A stretch of DNA of 64,000 nucleotides from an uncultured delta proteobacterium (GCA_963710425.1 CAVQAR010000009.1:134539-198538); one strand, 5' to 3'; shown: positions 1 to 9,446, counted from the first letter of the stretch. The notes: a model not told the origin generated them from the sequence alone. Numbers and translations are program-made.

Positions 1-136
1 AGGATGACCGGCGATCGGCTGCGCCTTGAGCATCTGGATTATCTGCTGGAGTTGCTGTTGCGACATCGATTTAACCTCTGCGAAGAGTTTCGCCGACTAT
101 AGCGCCGCTTTGCGCGGATCGGCAAAGCGGAAAATG

Positions 137-1157
137 CTAATGCGGGAACTCCACCATTACTTTGGCGCGCGTGCCGGGACGTTTCAGCGCGGCGAACATG
201 TCGGGGACCTGGTCGACGTTGATGACGTCGGTGATCATCGGGGTCGCGATCGATGGCGCCGCTCGAGAGGGCGTCGATGGTTTCCTGGAATTCGCCGCGC
301 GTGTAGGCGAGGGCAAAATTGATTTGCACTTCTTTCATCACGCAGGTGAGCGGGTAGATGCTGTCGGCCTCCATGCAGACGCCGATGACGACGACCTGGC
401 CGTGACGTCCGACCATCCCGATTGCGGCGGGGAGCGTGGATTTGACGCCGATACATTCGAAGACAACTTCGGGCGCGCGGCCGGTGATCGATTTCACCGC
501 TTCGGCGGGATCGCCTTCGGTCGGATTGACGACCGCGGTGGCGCCAAGTTTCATCGCAAGCTCGGTGCGGCCAGGTGCGAGTTCCGACACGACGACTGCG
601 CTGGCGCCCTTGGCTTTGGCCCAGATCAAGGTGGAGAGGCCGATCGGCCCCGCGCCCATCACAACTACTCCCATCCCGGGTTCGATCGACGCGTGATTGA
701 CGCCGTGGAGGCCGACCGAGAGCGGCTCGACCAGCGCGCCGGCGCGCGAGTTGACGTTGGCCGGGAGTTTGAGCAGGCTGGCGGCGCTGCATGCGACGAA
801 CTCGGCGTATGCGCCCGGGAGCTGGCCGAGACCGAGGCTGCGCAGCCGCGAACAATGCATCGCGTCGTCGCGCTCGCACCAGGTGCAGGTGCCGCATGAG
901 AAGTATGGCAGCGAGGTGACTCGATCCCCAAGCTGATATTCGTTGACGCCCGCGCCCACTGAAAAAATCTCGCCGCAGAATTCGTGGCCCATCACGGTGT
1001 CCGTCGGCATCCCGATTCCATACTGGACGGCGTGCAGGTCGGAGCCGCAGATTCCGCAATTATGGACCTTGAGCACGACTTCGCCGGCGCCGGCGATAGG
1101 ATTGGGCACGTCGATGACGGCCATCTCGTCTCTTTTTTTGAAGACCGCTGCTTTCAT
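137..1157 (-). CDS. Zn-dependent alcohol dehydrogenase (MDR family), C-terminal reading frame disrupted
   Basis: Track ORF 39..1157 has the GHEFCGE catalytic-Zn motif, CGTCTWC structural-Zn cysteines and a GAGPIGL Rossmann motif. After SSGAID the ORF turns Arg-rich. The neighbouring frame reads ATPMITDVINVDQVPDMFAALKRPGTRAKVMVEFPH then stop (137..139), a normal MDR C-terminus. A 1-nt indel is inferred near 242..254 (G4 run). Confidence 0.85.
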
Positions 1158-1200
1158 CGCAAACCAAATCTCCCCGTTGTTCGATTTCGGCCGGGCGGCG

Positions 1201-1584
1201 TTACTTTTGCTGGATCAGCTCGATCTTGTAGCCGTTGGGATCCTCGATGAACGCGATAGGCGTGGTGCCGTGCTTCATCGGGCCAGGCTCGCGCACGACT
1301 TTGACTCCCTTTTGCTTCAGGTCGGCGCAAGTTTTGTAGATGTCATCGACGCCGAGCGCGACGTGTCCGTAGGCGGTGCCGAGGTCGTATTTCGAGGTGC
1401 CCCAATTCCAGGTCAGCTCGATAACTGCGTTTTCTTTTTCGTCGCCGTAGCCGACGAAGGCGAGAGTGAATTCGCCGCCGGGGAAGTCGTGCTTGCGCAG
1501 GAGTTTCATCCCGAGCTGGTCGCAGTAGAACTTGAGCGATTCGTCGAGATTGTTGACCCGGAGCATCGTGTGCAGAAGGCGCAT
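1201..1584 (-). CDS. gloA: lactoylglutathione lyase (glyoxalase I)
   Basis: 127-aa ORF: [20 protein letters not shown]...FTLAFVGYG...IELTWNW...[10 protein letters not shown]...GYKIELIQ. Length and two-module VOC pattern are typical of GloA. Confidence 0.9.
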   Translation of the reverse strand: MRLLHTMLRVNNLDESLKFYCDQLGMKLLRKHDFPGGEFTLAFVGYGDEKENAVIELTWNWGTSKYDLGTAYGHVALGVDDIYKTCADLKQKGVKVVREPGPMKHGTTPIAFIEDPNGYKIELIQQK

Positions 1585-1588
1585 GCGA

Positions 1589-1885
1589 CTATCCTTTTGG
1601 TTTTTCCGATTTGTGGCCAGTGCGTTTCGAGTCGATCGCCTTGGTCAGCTCGCCCTTGATTTCGGCGAAGAGGTCCTCGGTCGGCGCGATGCCGGCGGCT
1701 TTCATCCGATCGACCAGTTCGTAGCGCTCGAGCGCGAGCATCTCTTTTGCTTCGTGTTCATGCAGGCGCTTCAGGCGCACGAGCTCGAGGATCGCGAGCT
1801 CGCGGACACGGTCGGCAAAGTCGGACTCGGTAAGTTTGGCGTCGAAGATGTCGTCCGGAAGTTCGATCTTGAGATTCAAAATCAT
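1589..1885 (-). CDS. small UPF0175-like (antitoxin-like) protein, start trimmed to an internal ATG
   Basis: The last 98 codons of track ORF 1589..2188 ([18 protein letters not shown]...[16 protein letters not shown]...[14 protein letters not shown]) resemble the UPF0175 family. The upstream part of that ORF is a translation of intergenic repeats. The gene ends 4 nt before the gloA start. Confidence 0.5.
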   Translation of the reverse strand: MILNLKIELPDDIFDAKLTESDFADRVRELAILELVRLKRLHEHEAKEMLALERYELVDRMKAAGIAPTEDLFAEIKGELTKAIDSKRTGHKSEKPKG

Positions 1886-1931
1886 TGTCGATGTCCGACT
1901 TTCCGCAATCGAGGAAGTATTGTCAAACGCG

Positions 1932-2017
1932 GGGAGGGAAGGGTAAATCACTTTATTAAATGCGAAACCCACCGTGGGTTCCGCACCTCCTTGGGCAGGG
2001 GCGACCCCTGCACCCGG
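1932..2017 (-). repeat. dispersed repeat family B (double hairpin), inverted copy
   Basis: The reverse complement matches 18047..18100, 20279..20360 and 48455..48507: GGGTGCAGGGGTCACCCCTGCC, a short spacer, GGAAGCGTGAAACCC-N5-GGGTTTCAC. It also shares flanking AAATCACTTTATT with 20337..20356. Confidence 0.8.
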
Positions 2018-2092
2018 TGATAAGAAAAGATGCGGGACGGAGTTTACCCTGAGTACTCGTAGGGTCCCTGTTAGAAGGGTTAGGGGTGAATT

Positions 2093-2255
2093 CACCTCTC
2101 CCGCGGCTCGCGACGCAGTCGCTAGCCGCAAGTCGGGAGAGGTCGTCTGACGACATTCATGTCGTCGGACGGGTGAGGGCACGAGCATTCAGCTCGATGC
2201 ATGCGCCCTCACCCGCGCCGGAAGGCGCGTCCTCTCCCGGAGGGAGAGGTGTAGG
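2093..2255. repeat. repeat family A, two inverted copies forming a ~160-bp palindromic block
   Basis: CCTCTCCCG..CGGGAGAGG, GGGTGAGGGC..GCCCTCACCC, CCTCTCCCGGAGGGAGAGG. The same GGGAGAGG / GGTGAGGG modules occur at 4259..4480, 9277..9332 and 10845..10902. Confidence 0.75.
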
Positions 2256-2260
2256 AAAAA

Positions 2261-2971
2261 TCACAGATAGGAAAATGCCTCCGCGAATTTTGCTTTGCCG
2301 CCGGATTCCAGGACGTCGCCATGCGTGACGATCACGCGGTCGAAGTCCCATTCGAGGATTTTCGCGACGGATTCGCGCGCGGCTTTGCGTTCGCGTATCA
2401 CCAATCGAACGAGGCGATGGGGTCCGAAGCGGCCGCGGCCGCCGACAATCGTGTAGAAGATTCGCGCGTCTTTGAAATCCTCCGGTACGTTGAAGACCAG
2501 ATCGGTGAAAATCGCGGTGCGGGTTGGGCGATGAAAAAATACCACTTCGTTCAAGCCGGTCGCGCCCTTGAAGAGATGCTGATCGATCTCGCCGGCCCAT
2601 TCGGATTGAGGTTCGTCGCCTAACACTGCGTCGAGTTTCAGATCGGGTCGCGCACCGAAGCGGGCCTTGAAATCCTTGATGCCGCCGACTAGGCCGGGAG
2701 GTCCGTAGAGCTTCGCATTGGGCCAGGTCTTTATATAGTCGCCGACGAACAGATGATGCGCGCGCGAGGGCGCGACTACGGCGCGCACTTCGCCGAGTGC
2801 GTCGAGCGATCGCTTGGTCTCGTCGTCGAGCTTGGTCGGCGAATGGAGAAACAGGCCGCCGCTCGCGAGCTTGATTACCGTCATCCGCGTTCCCAACTTT
2901 GCGATGCCGGTGGTGAAGTCGGGCTGATCGACAATCCAGAGATTCGGAGCGAGATTTTTCGGCTGCGGCAT
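2261..2971 (-). CDS. DUF4336-like protein (metallo-beta-lactamase-like fold)
   Basis: 236-aa ORF: LWIVDQP...RMTVIKLASGGLFLHSPTKLD...VRAVVAPSRAHHLFVGDYIKTWPNAKLYGPPGL. The pattern matches what I recall of the DUF4336 family. Confidence 0.6.
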   Translation of the reverse strand: MPQPKNLAPNLWIVDQPDFTTGIAKLGTRMTVIKLASGGLFLHSPTKLDDETKRSLDALGEVRAVVAPSRAHHLFVGDYIKTWPNAKLYGPPGLVGGIKDFKARFGARPDLKLDAVLGDEPQSEWAGEIDQHLFKGATGLNEVVFFHRPTRTAIFTDLVFNVPEDFKDARIFYTIVGGRGRFGPHRLVRLVIRERKAARESVAKILEWDFDRVIVTHGDVLESGGKAKFAEAFSYL

Positions 2972-3023
2972 GAGTATGAATTAGCGCTGCAGGAAGAAGG
3001 GCACCAGCAGTTGCAGCTTTGTT

Positions 3024-3044
3024 CCTAACCTCTCCTTGTCCGAG
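3024..3044. repeat. left terminal stub of a family-A MITE-like palindrome, cut off by the IS insertion
   Basis: CCTAACCTCTCCTTGTCCGAG is the exact reverse complement of CTCGGACAAGGAGAGGTTAGG at 4460..4480. Confidence 0.8.
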
Positions 3045-4258
3045 AAAGCTTTGCATAACCTGGCTCGGTATGATCAAAAGATGGGTGCGCGGGAGGCGCG
3101 GGGCGGATGTGGTGTGAAGAGGAGCGGCAGAGGAGTTTCGCGGAGCAGGAGATATACGGAAGCGGGGGCGGCAACCGTCGGCTGCTTGAGATCGCGAAGT
3201 TACTGGACTGGCGCGCGATCGAGCGGCAGCTTGGCGGAGTGTACGCGGCGGGCGAAGGACGACCCGCGTACCGGCCGTTGTTGATGTTGAAAGCGCTGCT
3301 GTTGCAGCAATGGTATCAGCTCTCCGATCCGGCTCTGGAAGACGCATTGCTGGACCGCTTCAGCTTCCGGAGTTTTGTCGGATTGGGATTGAAACAGCGG
3401 GTTCCCGATCACAGCACGATCAGCCGTTTTCGCGCGCAACTGTCGCGCGGTGGTCTCGGCGAGCGGCTGATGGCCGAAGTTAACCGCCAGCTTTCAGCGC
3501 AAGGATTGATCCTCAAGCAAGGCACCATCATCGATGCGACCGTAGTTCGGGCGGCGGTCAATCCGCCCAGCGGGCCCAAGGGCACGGTCGCGCCGGGGAC
3601 CAAGGCTCCGCAGGATCCCGATGCCGAATGGAGCACGCGCAAGGACGGCAGCGTGCGCCACTATTACTTCGGCTACAAAGCGCACGTGGCGGTGGATGCC
3701 GGCTCGGGCCTGGTGCGCAAAGCGATCCTGACCGGAGCTAAAACCAATGAAACCGTGGTGGCTGACGATCTGATCTGCGGCGACGAACAATGTGTATACG
3801 GCGACAAGGCTTACGACAGTATCGCGCGGCGGGAGCTGCTGGCGCGACTGGGCATCGCCGACGGCATCATGCGGCGTGCATGGTGGGGCACTGCGCACAA
3901 TCCTGATCCGGAGCTGGTCGCGCGCAATCGAAGTCTGACCCGCACCCGCTTCGCGGTCGAGCGCAGCTTCGCCTGGATGAAGCGTTGGTATGGGTACCGG
4001 CGGGTACGTTATCGCGGACTGATGCGCAATGCGCTGCAGCTTCAACTAATGTGTGTCGCGCTCAACCTGCGTCGCGCGCTCACCCTGCGCGCCGCTTAAG
4101 CGCGGCAGCTAAGGCCAAACTGCCTGCGCCACCCGAAAGACACCAAGCCAACCGCACCGCTGACCACCACCTTTCCCATCACCTCACCTCCCGATCCTAA
4201 TCCAACCATCAATACCTTCTTCACCTGCGAACACCGTCACCGGTTGTGCAAAGCTCTC
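3042..4258 (+). mobile_element. IS5-family insertion sequence, about 1.2 kb
   Basis: Imperfect terminal inverted repeats: GAGAAAGCTTTGCATAACCTGG (left) versus the reverse complement of the right end, GAGAGCTTTGCACAACCGGTG. One DDE transposase ORF. Flanking direct duplication TTGTCC(GAG) at 3036..3044 and 4259..4267. Confidence 0.85.
3107..4099 (+). CDS. IS5-family DDE transposase (DUF772 N-terminal domain plus DDE_Tnp_1)
   Basis: 330-aa ORF: LLLQQWYQLSDPALEDALLDRFSFRSFVGL, IIDATVV, YFGYKAHVAVD, VYGDKAYDS, and a C-terminal RFAVERSFAWMKRWYGYRRVRYRGL block typical of IS5-type transposases. Confidence 0.9.
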   Translation: MWCEEERQRSFAEQEIYGSGGGNRRLLEIAKLLDWRAIERQLGGVYAAGEGRPAYRPLLMLKALLLQQWYQLSDPALEDALLDRFSFRSFVGLGLKQRVPDHSTISRFRAQLSRGGLGERLMAEVNRQLSAQGLILKQGTIIDATVVRAAVNPPSGPKGTVAPGTKAPQDPDAEWSTRKDGSVRHYYFGYKAHVAVDAGSGLVRKAILTGAKTNETVVADDLICGDEQCVYGDKAYDSIARRELLARLGIADGIMRRAWWGTAHNPDPELVARNRSLTRTRFAVERSFAWMKRWYGYRRVRYRGLMRNALQLQLMCVALNLRRALTLRAA

Positions 4259-4480
4259 TTGTCCGAGGAGAGGTCGGCGCGAGCCGAAGGTGAGCGCCGG
4301 GAGAGGTGCAACGCTGGCAGCCGCAACACGCGAAGTTGTGCTGCTGTCGAGGCGCCGGAATAGTGTCTCTGCATTGCGATTAGACGAGTTGAGGTCGGCG
4401 CGCTGTCTGGCGCTGTACCTCTCCCGGCGACACCGCTGCGCGGCTTTCGCCGACCTCTCCTCGGACAAGGAGAGGTTAGG
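4259..4480. repeat. remainder of the family-A MITE-like palindrome (arms 4259..4312 and 4417..4480)
   Basis: TTGTCCGAGGAGAGGTCGGCG...GCCGGGAGAGGT is mirrored by ACCTCTCCCGGC...CGCCGACCTCTCCTCGGACAAGGAGAGGTTAGG, with a central ~105 bp that is unique in this window. Confidence 0.75.
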
Positions 4481-4594
4481 ATTTCGAGCCTTTGCAGAGT
4501 GGACGGTTAATGTTTTAAGTTCAGGCGCGGAGCGGTTGAGTGGGGTGATCGTCATAGCCGGTACAGGCTTTGAGCCGTGCCAGGAGAATTCGCG

Positions 4595-5785
4595 ATGGAT
4601 TTCAATTTCAATCCCGAAGATGAAGCGTTCCGGATGGAGTTTCGCGCGTGGCTCGACGCCAACAAGCAGTTCGCGCCGCATATGGGCGAGACCACAATTG
4701 GAATGGCCGAGGGCCGCGGCGAATTTGATCAGCAGAAGCGATGGGCGAAGAAGATGGCCGAGGGCCGCTGGCTCGCGCCGAGCTGGCCGGAGAAATACGG
4801 CGGCCGCGGCGCGGGAGTGCTGCAGAATATCGTCTATGGCGAAGAGCTCGCGCGCGCGGGCGTCTCGGCGCCGATGATTGGGATGGGAATCAGCCTGTTC
4901 GGGCCGACGTTGTTGCATTGGGGGACCGAGGAGCAGAAGCAGCGGTTCATCCCGCCGATCATGAAGGCGGAAGAAATCTGGTGCCAGGGATATTCGGAGC
5001 CGGGATCGGGATCGGATTTGGCGTCGCTGCAGACGCGCGCGGTCGAAGATGGCGACTACTTCGTCGTCAATGGGCAGAAAGTATGGACGTCGATCGCGCA
5101 GCACGCGGACTGGATCTTTTTGCTGGTGCGCACCGATCCCGACGCGCCCAAGCATAAGGGGATCAGCTACCTGATGGTCGATATGCATAGTCCCGGCGTG
5201 ACCGTGCGGCCGCTGGTGCAAATCACCGGCAACAAGGGATTCAACGAAGTTTTTTTCGAAGACGTGCGAGTGCCGAAGAAAAACCTGGTTGGTGAAAAGA
5301 ACCAGGGATGGCAGGTCGCAATCACGACGCTGATGTTCGAGCGCTCGGGCGGCGGCGGCGATCGCGGCGGGATGTCGCAGGTGCGCGAGCTGGCGGCGCT
5401 CGCGAAATCGTTGCCGCGCAACGGCGCGACGGCGTGGGATGACGGCAGCGTGCGGCAGAAAATCGCGGAGTTCGCTTGCGAGGCGATGGCGCTGCGCTAC
5501 ACCGGATACCGGCAGCTCACGCGGCGGATCAAGGGAATGCCGCCGGGACCGGAAGGCTCGATGATGAAGCTATGCGGCACCGAGCTGAACATGCGGATTC
5601 AACTGTTCGCGATGGAGCTGCTCGGGCCGTATAGCCAAATCGAGTACAAGGCGCCCTTCGCGATTGACAAGGGCAAGTGGTCGTTCAGGATGCTGGCGGC
5701 GCGCGGCGGCACGATTGCGGCGGGCAGCAATCAGATACAACATAATATTATCGGCGAGCGTGTCCTCGGACTGCCCAAGGGTTAA
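4595..5785 (+). CDS. acyl-CoA dehydrogenase family protein (paralog 1)
   Basis: Start trimmed to MDFNFNPEDEAFR (GGAG 8 nt upstream). Motifs CQGYSEPGSGSDLAS, VVNGQKVWTS and C-terminal GSNQIQHNIIGERVLGLPKG. Confidence 0.9.
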   Translation: MDFNFNPEDEAFRMEFRAWLDANKQFAPHMGETTIGMAEGRGEFDQQKRWAKKMAEGRWLAPSWPEKYGGRGAGVLQNIVYGEELARAGVSAPMIGMGISLFGPTLLHWGTEEQKQRFIPPIMKAEEIWCQGYSEPGSGSDLASLQTRAVEDGDYFVVNGQKVWTSIAQHADWIFLLVRTDPDAPKHKGISYLMVDMHSPGVTVRPLVQITGNKGFNEVFFEDVRVPKKNLVGEKNQGWQVAITTLMFERSGGGGDRGGMSQVRELAALAKSLPRNGATAWDDGSVRQKIAEFACEAMALRYTGYRQLTRRIKGMPPGPEGSMMKLCGTELNMRIQLFAMELLGPYSQIEYKAPFAIDKGKWSFRMLAARGGTIAAGSNQIQHNIIGERVLGLPKG

Positions 5786-5829
5786 CGCGCCGCGCGAGGA
5801 TCGCGAATCAGGGGAGAAGAATTCAGTCG

Positions 5830-7011
5830 ATGGATTTTAATTATACGCCGGAAGACCAGGCTTTTCGGAGCGAAGTGCGCGCGTGGCTCGAAGCGAACAA
5901 AAAATTCGCACCGCCGCCGAGCAATATCATGGCCGACGAGGGCGCGGGCGACTGGGAGGCGCGCGTCAACTGGCACAAGAAGCTCAACGAAGGCGGCTGG
6001 GTCGCGGTGAATTGGCCCAAGGAATACGGCGGGCGCGGCGCCACCGTCATGCAGCGGCTGATCTATCGTGAAGAACTGGGACGGCTTGGACTCAACGAGC
6101 CGATGATCGGAATGGGGATCAGCCTGCTCGGTCCAACGCTGATGCATTGGGGGACCGAAGAGCAGAAGCGAAACCATATCCCGAAAATTTTGAAGGGCGA
6201 GGAAGTCTGGTGCCAGGGATATTCGGAGCCGGGGTCGGGCTCCGATCTAGCGTCGGTGCAGACGCGCGCGATTGACGACGGCGACGACTTCGTCGTCAAC
6301 GGGCAGAAAGTCTGGACCTCGATGGCGCAGCATGCGGACATGATCTTCGCGCTGGTGCGCACCGATCCCGACGCGCCCAAGCACAAGGGAATCAGCTATC
6401 TATTGATCGACATGCACAGCCCCGGCGTCACCGTGCGTCCGCTGGTGCAGATGACGGGCGGCAAGGGCTTCAACGAAGTTTTCTTCGAGGACGTGCGCGT
6501 GCCGAAGAAAAATATCGTCGGCGAGCGCAACAACGGCTGGCAAGTCGCAATGACCACGCTGATGTTCGAGCGTGGCAGCGGCGGCGGCGAAGGATATCTC
6601 GGCGAAGTGCACGAGTTGGCGCGGCTCGCCAAGCGAATCCCGCGCAACGGCAGCACCGCGTGGGACGATTCGAGCGTGCGCCAACGCTGCGCGGAGTTCG
6701 CGGCCGAAGCGCTCGCATTGCGATACACCGGCTATCGACAACTCACGCGTCAGTTGAAGGGGATGCCGCCCGGGCCGGAAGGCTCGATGATGAAACTGTG
6801 CGGCACGGAGCTCGGCCTCAAGATTGCGCTATACGCGATGGAGCTTTTGGGGCCGTACAGCCAACTGGAATTCAACGCGCCGTTCGCAGTCGATAAGGGC
6901 AAGTGGTCATTCCGGATGCTCGCGGCGCGCGGCCCGACGATTTACGCCGGGACGAATCAGATTCAGCACAATATTATCGGCGAGAGAGTGCTAGGCTTAC
7001 CGAAAGGGTAA
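5830..7011 (+). CDS. acyl-CoA dehydrogenase family protein (paralog 2, tandem duplicate)
   Basis: 393-aa ORF collinear with 4595..5785 and highly similar to it (MDFNYTPEDQAFR..., CQGYSEPGSGSDLAS, GTNQIQHNIIGERVLGLPKG). Confidence 0.9.
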   Translation: MDFNYTPEDQAFRSEVRAWLEANKKFAPPPSNIMADEGAGDWEARVNWHKKLNEGGWVAVNWPKEYGGRGATVMQRLIYREELGRLGLNEPMIGMGISLLGPTLMHWGTEEQKRNHIPKILKGEEVWCQGYSEPGSGSDLASVQTRAIDDGDDFVVNGQKVWTSMAQHADMIFALVRTDPDAPKHKGISYLLIDMHSPGVTVRPLVQMTGGKGFNEVFFEDVRVPKKNIVGERNNGWQVAMTTLMFERGSGGGEGYLGEVHELARLAKRIPRNGSTAWDDSSVRQRCAEFAAEALALRYTGYRQLTRQLKGMPPGPEGSMMKLCGTELGLKIALYAMELLGPYSQLEFNAPFAVDKGKWSFRMLAARGPTIYAGTNQIQHNIIGERVLGLPKG

Positions 7012-7046
7012 ATCACTAAGTTGGATCCGGAACCCGCGCCAGCCGA

Positions 7047-7119
7047 AGTAGGACGGAATTTATTCCGTCGATCGTCATGTAGCGTGTTTTCCCTATGACG
7101 GAATAAATTCCGTCCTACT
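7047..7119. terminator. long perfect inverted repeat between convergent genes (possible bidirectional terminator)
   Basis: AGTAGGACGGAATTTATTCCGTC (7047..7069) and GACGGAATAAATTCCGTCCTACT (7097..7119) form a 23-bp stem. Each arm is itself a small palindrome. The right arm overlaps the MFS stop codon at 7115..7117. Confidence 0.5.
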
Positions 7120-8349
7120 GTCTTTTCGGCTCGTCATACCGCTTCAGCGGAATCAACAACGCGAACGAAGCAATCGCAACCACCAGCGCCGCCGCAATCG
7201 CAACCCTATAACTCCCCGTGTGATCGATAATCACCCCGACCATCGGCGGCCCCACCATCGCGCCAATTCCCCCGCTCGTGTACAGCGCGCCGAGCATCGT
7301 CCCCATCCTCTGCGTGCCGAACAAATGCGCGACCACCGCCGGCGACAGCGCGACGTAACCGCCGTAGCCCGCGCCCATCACGATCGCGAACACCACCATC
7401 ATTGGATACGAAGCCGCCGCCAGCCACAGGCCGTAGCTGAGGGCCAGCACCAAAATGCTCGCCTGGTAGAGCCGCACCACGCCCGCGCGGTCCGCCATGC
7501 TGCCGAGACCCATCCGTCCCGCGACGCTTGCGCCGCCGATTATCCCGACCAGCGCCGCGCTGGCAAACTCGCTCGCGCCATGGTCATGCGCAAACGACGG
7601 CAGATAGACGAAGGGCAGGAAAATCACGATCGAAACCGTCACCGACGACGCATACAGGAAACCGAAGGCTGGACTCCGAAGCGCGTCGCGCAACTGCACG
7701 CGCGATACCGTCACGTGCACCGGCGGCCGCTCGACCATCCACGCGCATCCGAGCAGAATCACCGTGCTCGCAATTGCAAACACGAGGTACGTCGCGCGCC
7801 ATCCAAGATGATCGATCAATTCGGCCGCGATCGGCGCGCCGCATACCGTGCCGAATCCGATTCCCGCCACCGCGATTCCAAGCGCAGTGTTGCGCCGCCG
7901 CAGGAACCATCCGCCGACCACCGCCACCATCGGAACGTACGCGCACGCCACTCCGACTCCGACCCCCAATCCGTAGCTCAGGTAACCGAGCCACAGCCGA
8001 TCTATGATCGACGTTAGCGCGAGGCCTACGCCCATCCCGATCGCGCCGGTCGCGACCACGATTCGCGGGCCGAAGCGGTCCGACAGATGCCCCGTCACCG
8101 GCCCCAGCACGCACCACACCAGCACCGTGATCGAGAATACCGCCGAGGTCGCGCCGCGCCGCGCGCCGAACTCCGCGCCATCGGTTTGAAAAACGCCCCG
8201 AAGCTGTAGGCGACCCCGTACACCGCGAACAGCGCGATGAATGCGGCCGCAACCATCCTCCACGAACGCGCGGAATCGAACAGCTCGAGCGGCGGTAATG
8301 CTTCGCGCGATATTGCTTCGCCGGATACTCCAGGCTCAGTGACCTTCAT
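7115..8349 (-). CDS. MFS transporter (oxalate/formate-antiporter-like), N-terminal frame disrupted
   Basis: ORF 7115..8263 carries many TM segments. The true N-terminus MKVTEPG...AAAFIALFAVYGVAYSFGAFFKPMA lies in ORF 8095..8361, in another frame, and continues as AEFGARRGATSAVFSI. A 1-nt indel is inferred near 8171..8181. Confidence 0.8.
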
Positions 8350-9217
8350 GCTCGAGCGCACTCCGAGCAGCTTTCAATTCCTTGCGCTTGGCGGAGCTGA
8401 CGACTGGATAGCGGAGATTGAGATCTTCAAGCGCGTGTACGATCGCGGCGGCCACCACCAGCCGCGTGTACCATTTCTTGTCCGCCGGCACGACGTACCA
8501 GGGCGCGTGCGCCGTCGCCGTATGCTGGATCATTTCCTCGTATGCGGTCATGTAGTCGTTCCATCGCGCCCGCTCCGCGATGTCGGCCTCGGAAAATTTC
8601 CAGTTCTTCCGGGGCTCTTCGAGCCGGCTCAGGAACCGCTTCTTCTGCTCGTCCTTGGACAGATTGAGAAAAAACTTTCGGATGACGATGCCGTTGCGCG
8701 ACAGGTAACGTTCGTACGCGTTGATATCGGCGAAGCGTTCGTTCCAGATGTCTTTGGTGATAAGCGACCGCGCGATGCGTTCGCGCTCGAGCATTTCCTT
8801 ATGCACCCGAACGACCAGCACCTCCTCGTAATATGACCGGTTGAAAATCCCGATTCGCCCGCGCTCGGGCATGCATTTGTTGCTGCGCCACATGAAGTCG
8901 TGATTCAGATCTTCGGTAGAAGGCTGCTTGAACGAGAAAACTTCGCATCCCTGCGGATTCACTCCGGACATCACATGCTTGATAACCCCGTCCTTGCCGG
9001 CCGCGTCCATCGCCTGGAAGATCAGCAGAATCGCCCACCGATCCTGCGCGTAAAGCTTGTCCTGCAAATCCACCATCCGCTCGATCCCGCGCGGCAATTC
9101 TTTTTCGGCGTGCTTTTTCGATACCCCGCCAGTATCGCCGGAATCAAAATCCTTCAACCGAAACTTCCGCCCATCCTCAACCCGATAAGCCACCGACAAG
9201 TCCTTCGACACCGACAT
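8336..9217 (-). CDS. ppk2: polyphosphate kinase 2 family protein
   Basis: Start trimmed to MSVSKDL (GGGGAG RBS). ILLIFQAMDAAGKDG Walker-A-like motif, IFNRSYYEEV, FLNLSKDEQKKRF, WNDYMTAYEEM, PWYVVPADKKW. Confidence 0.85.
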   Translation of the reverse strand: MSVSKDLSVAYRVEDGRKFRLKDFDSGDTGGVSKKHAEKELPRGIERMVDLQDKLYAQDRWAILLIFQAMDAAGKDGVIKHVMSGVNPQGCEVFSFKQPSTEDLNHDFMWRSNKCMPERGRIGIFNRSYYEEVLVVRVHKEMLERERIARSLITKDIWNERFADINAYERYLSRNGIVIRKFFLNLSKDEQKKRFLSRLEEPRKNWKFSEADIAERARWNDYMTAYEEMIQHTATAHAPWYVVPADKKWYTRLVVAAAIVHALEDLNLRYPVVSSAKRKELKAARSALEHEGH

Positions 9218-9276
9218 AAAGGTCTCCCCGCCGATGGTTACACCACACCCCCACCCCACCCGTCGAGCACAGAGCT

Positions 9277-9332
9277 TTGCCTCGCCCCACGTGGGGAGAG
9301 GCCGACGCTCGCTTCGAGCGGCGGGTGAGGGA
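9277..9332 (+). repeat. repeat family A copy
   Basis: TTGCCTCGCCCCACGTGGGGAGAGGCCGACGC..GCGGCGGGTGAGGGAC. Same orientation and order as 10845..10902. Confidence 0.8.
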
Positions 9333-9446
9333 CAACACGTTCCGGATTCCAAATCTGCGCCTCAACAGAAATCCGCACCGCACAGATTGTCACCAAAGCG
9401 CGTAGAGGCGTACCCTGCAATCGAGCAGCGAGCGTGCGGCCGTAAC

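Noticed and set aside
162-4045. Numerous overlapping ORFs such as 162..899(+), 235..1059(-), 2157..3347(-) and 3494..4045(-)
   Set aside because: They overlap well-supported genes in other frames or strands, are Arg/Pro/Ala-rich, and have no recognisable motifs. The same reasoning applies to 32765..34087(+), 34190..35278(-), 41037..42596(+), 28608..29663(-), 62568..63953(+) and similar ORFs.
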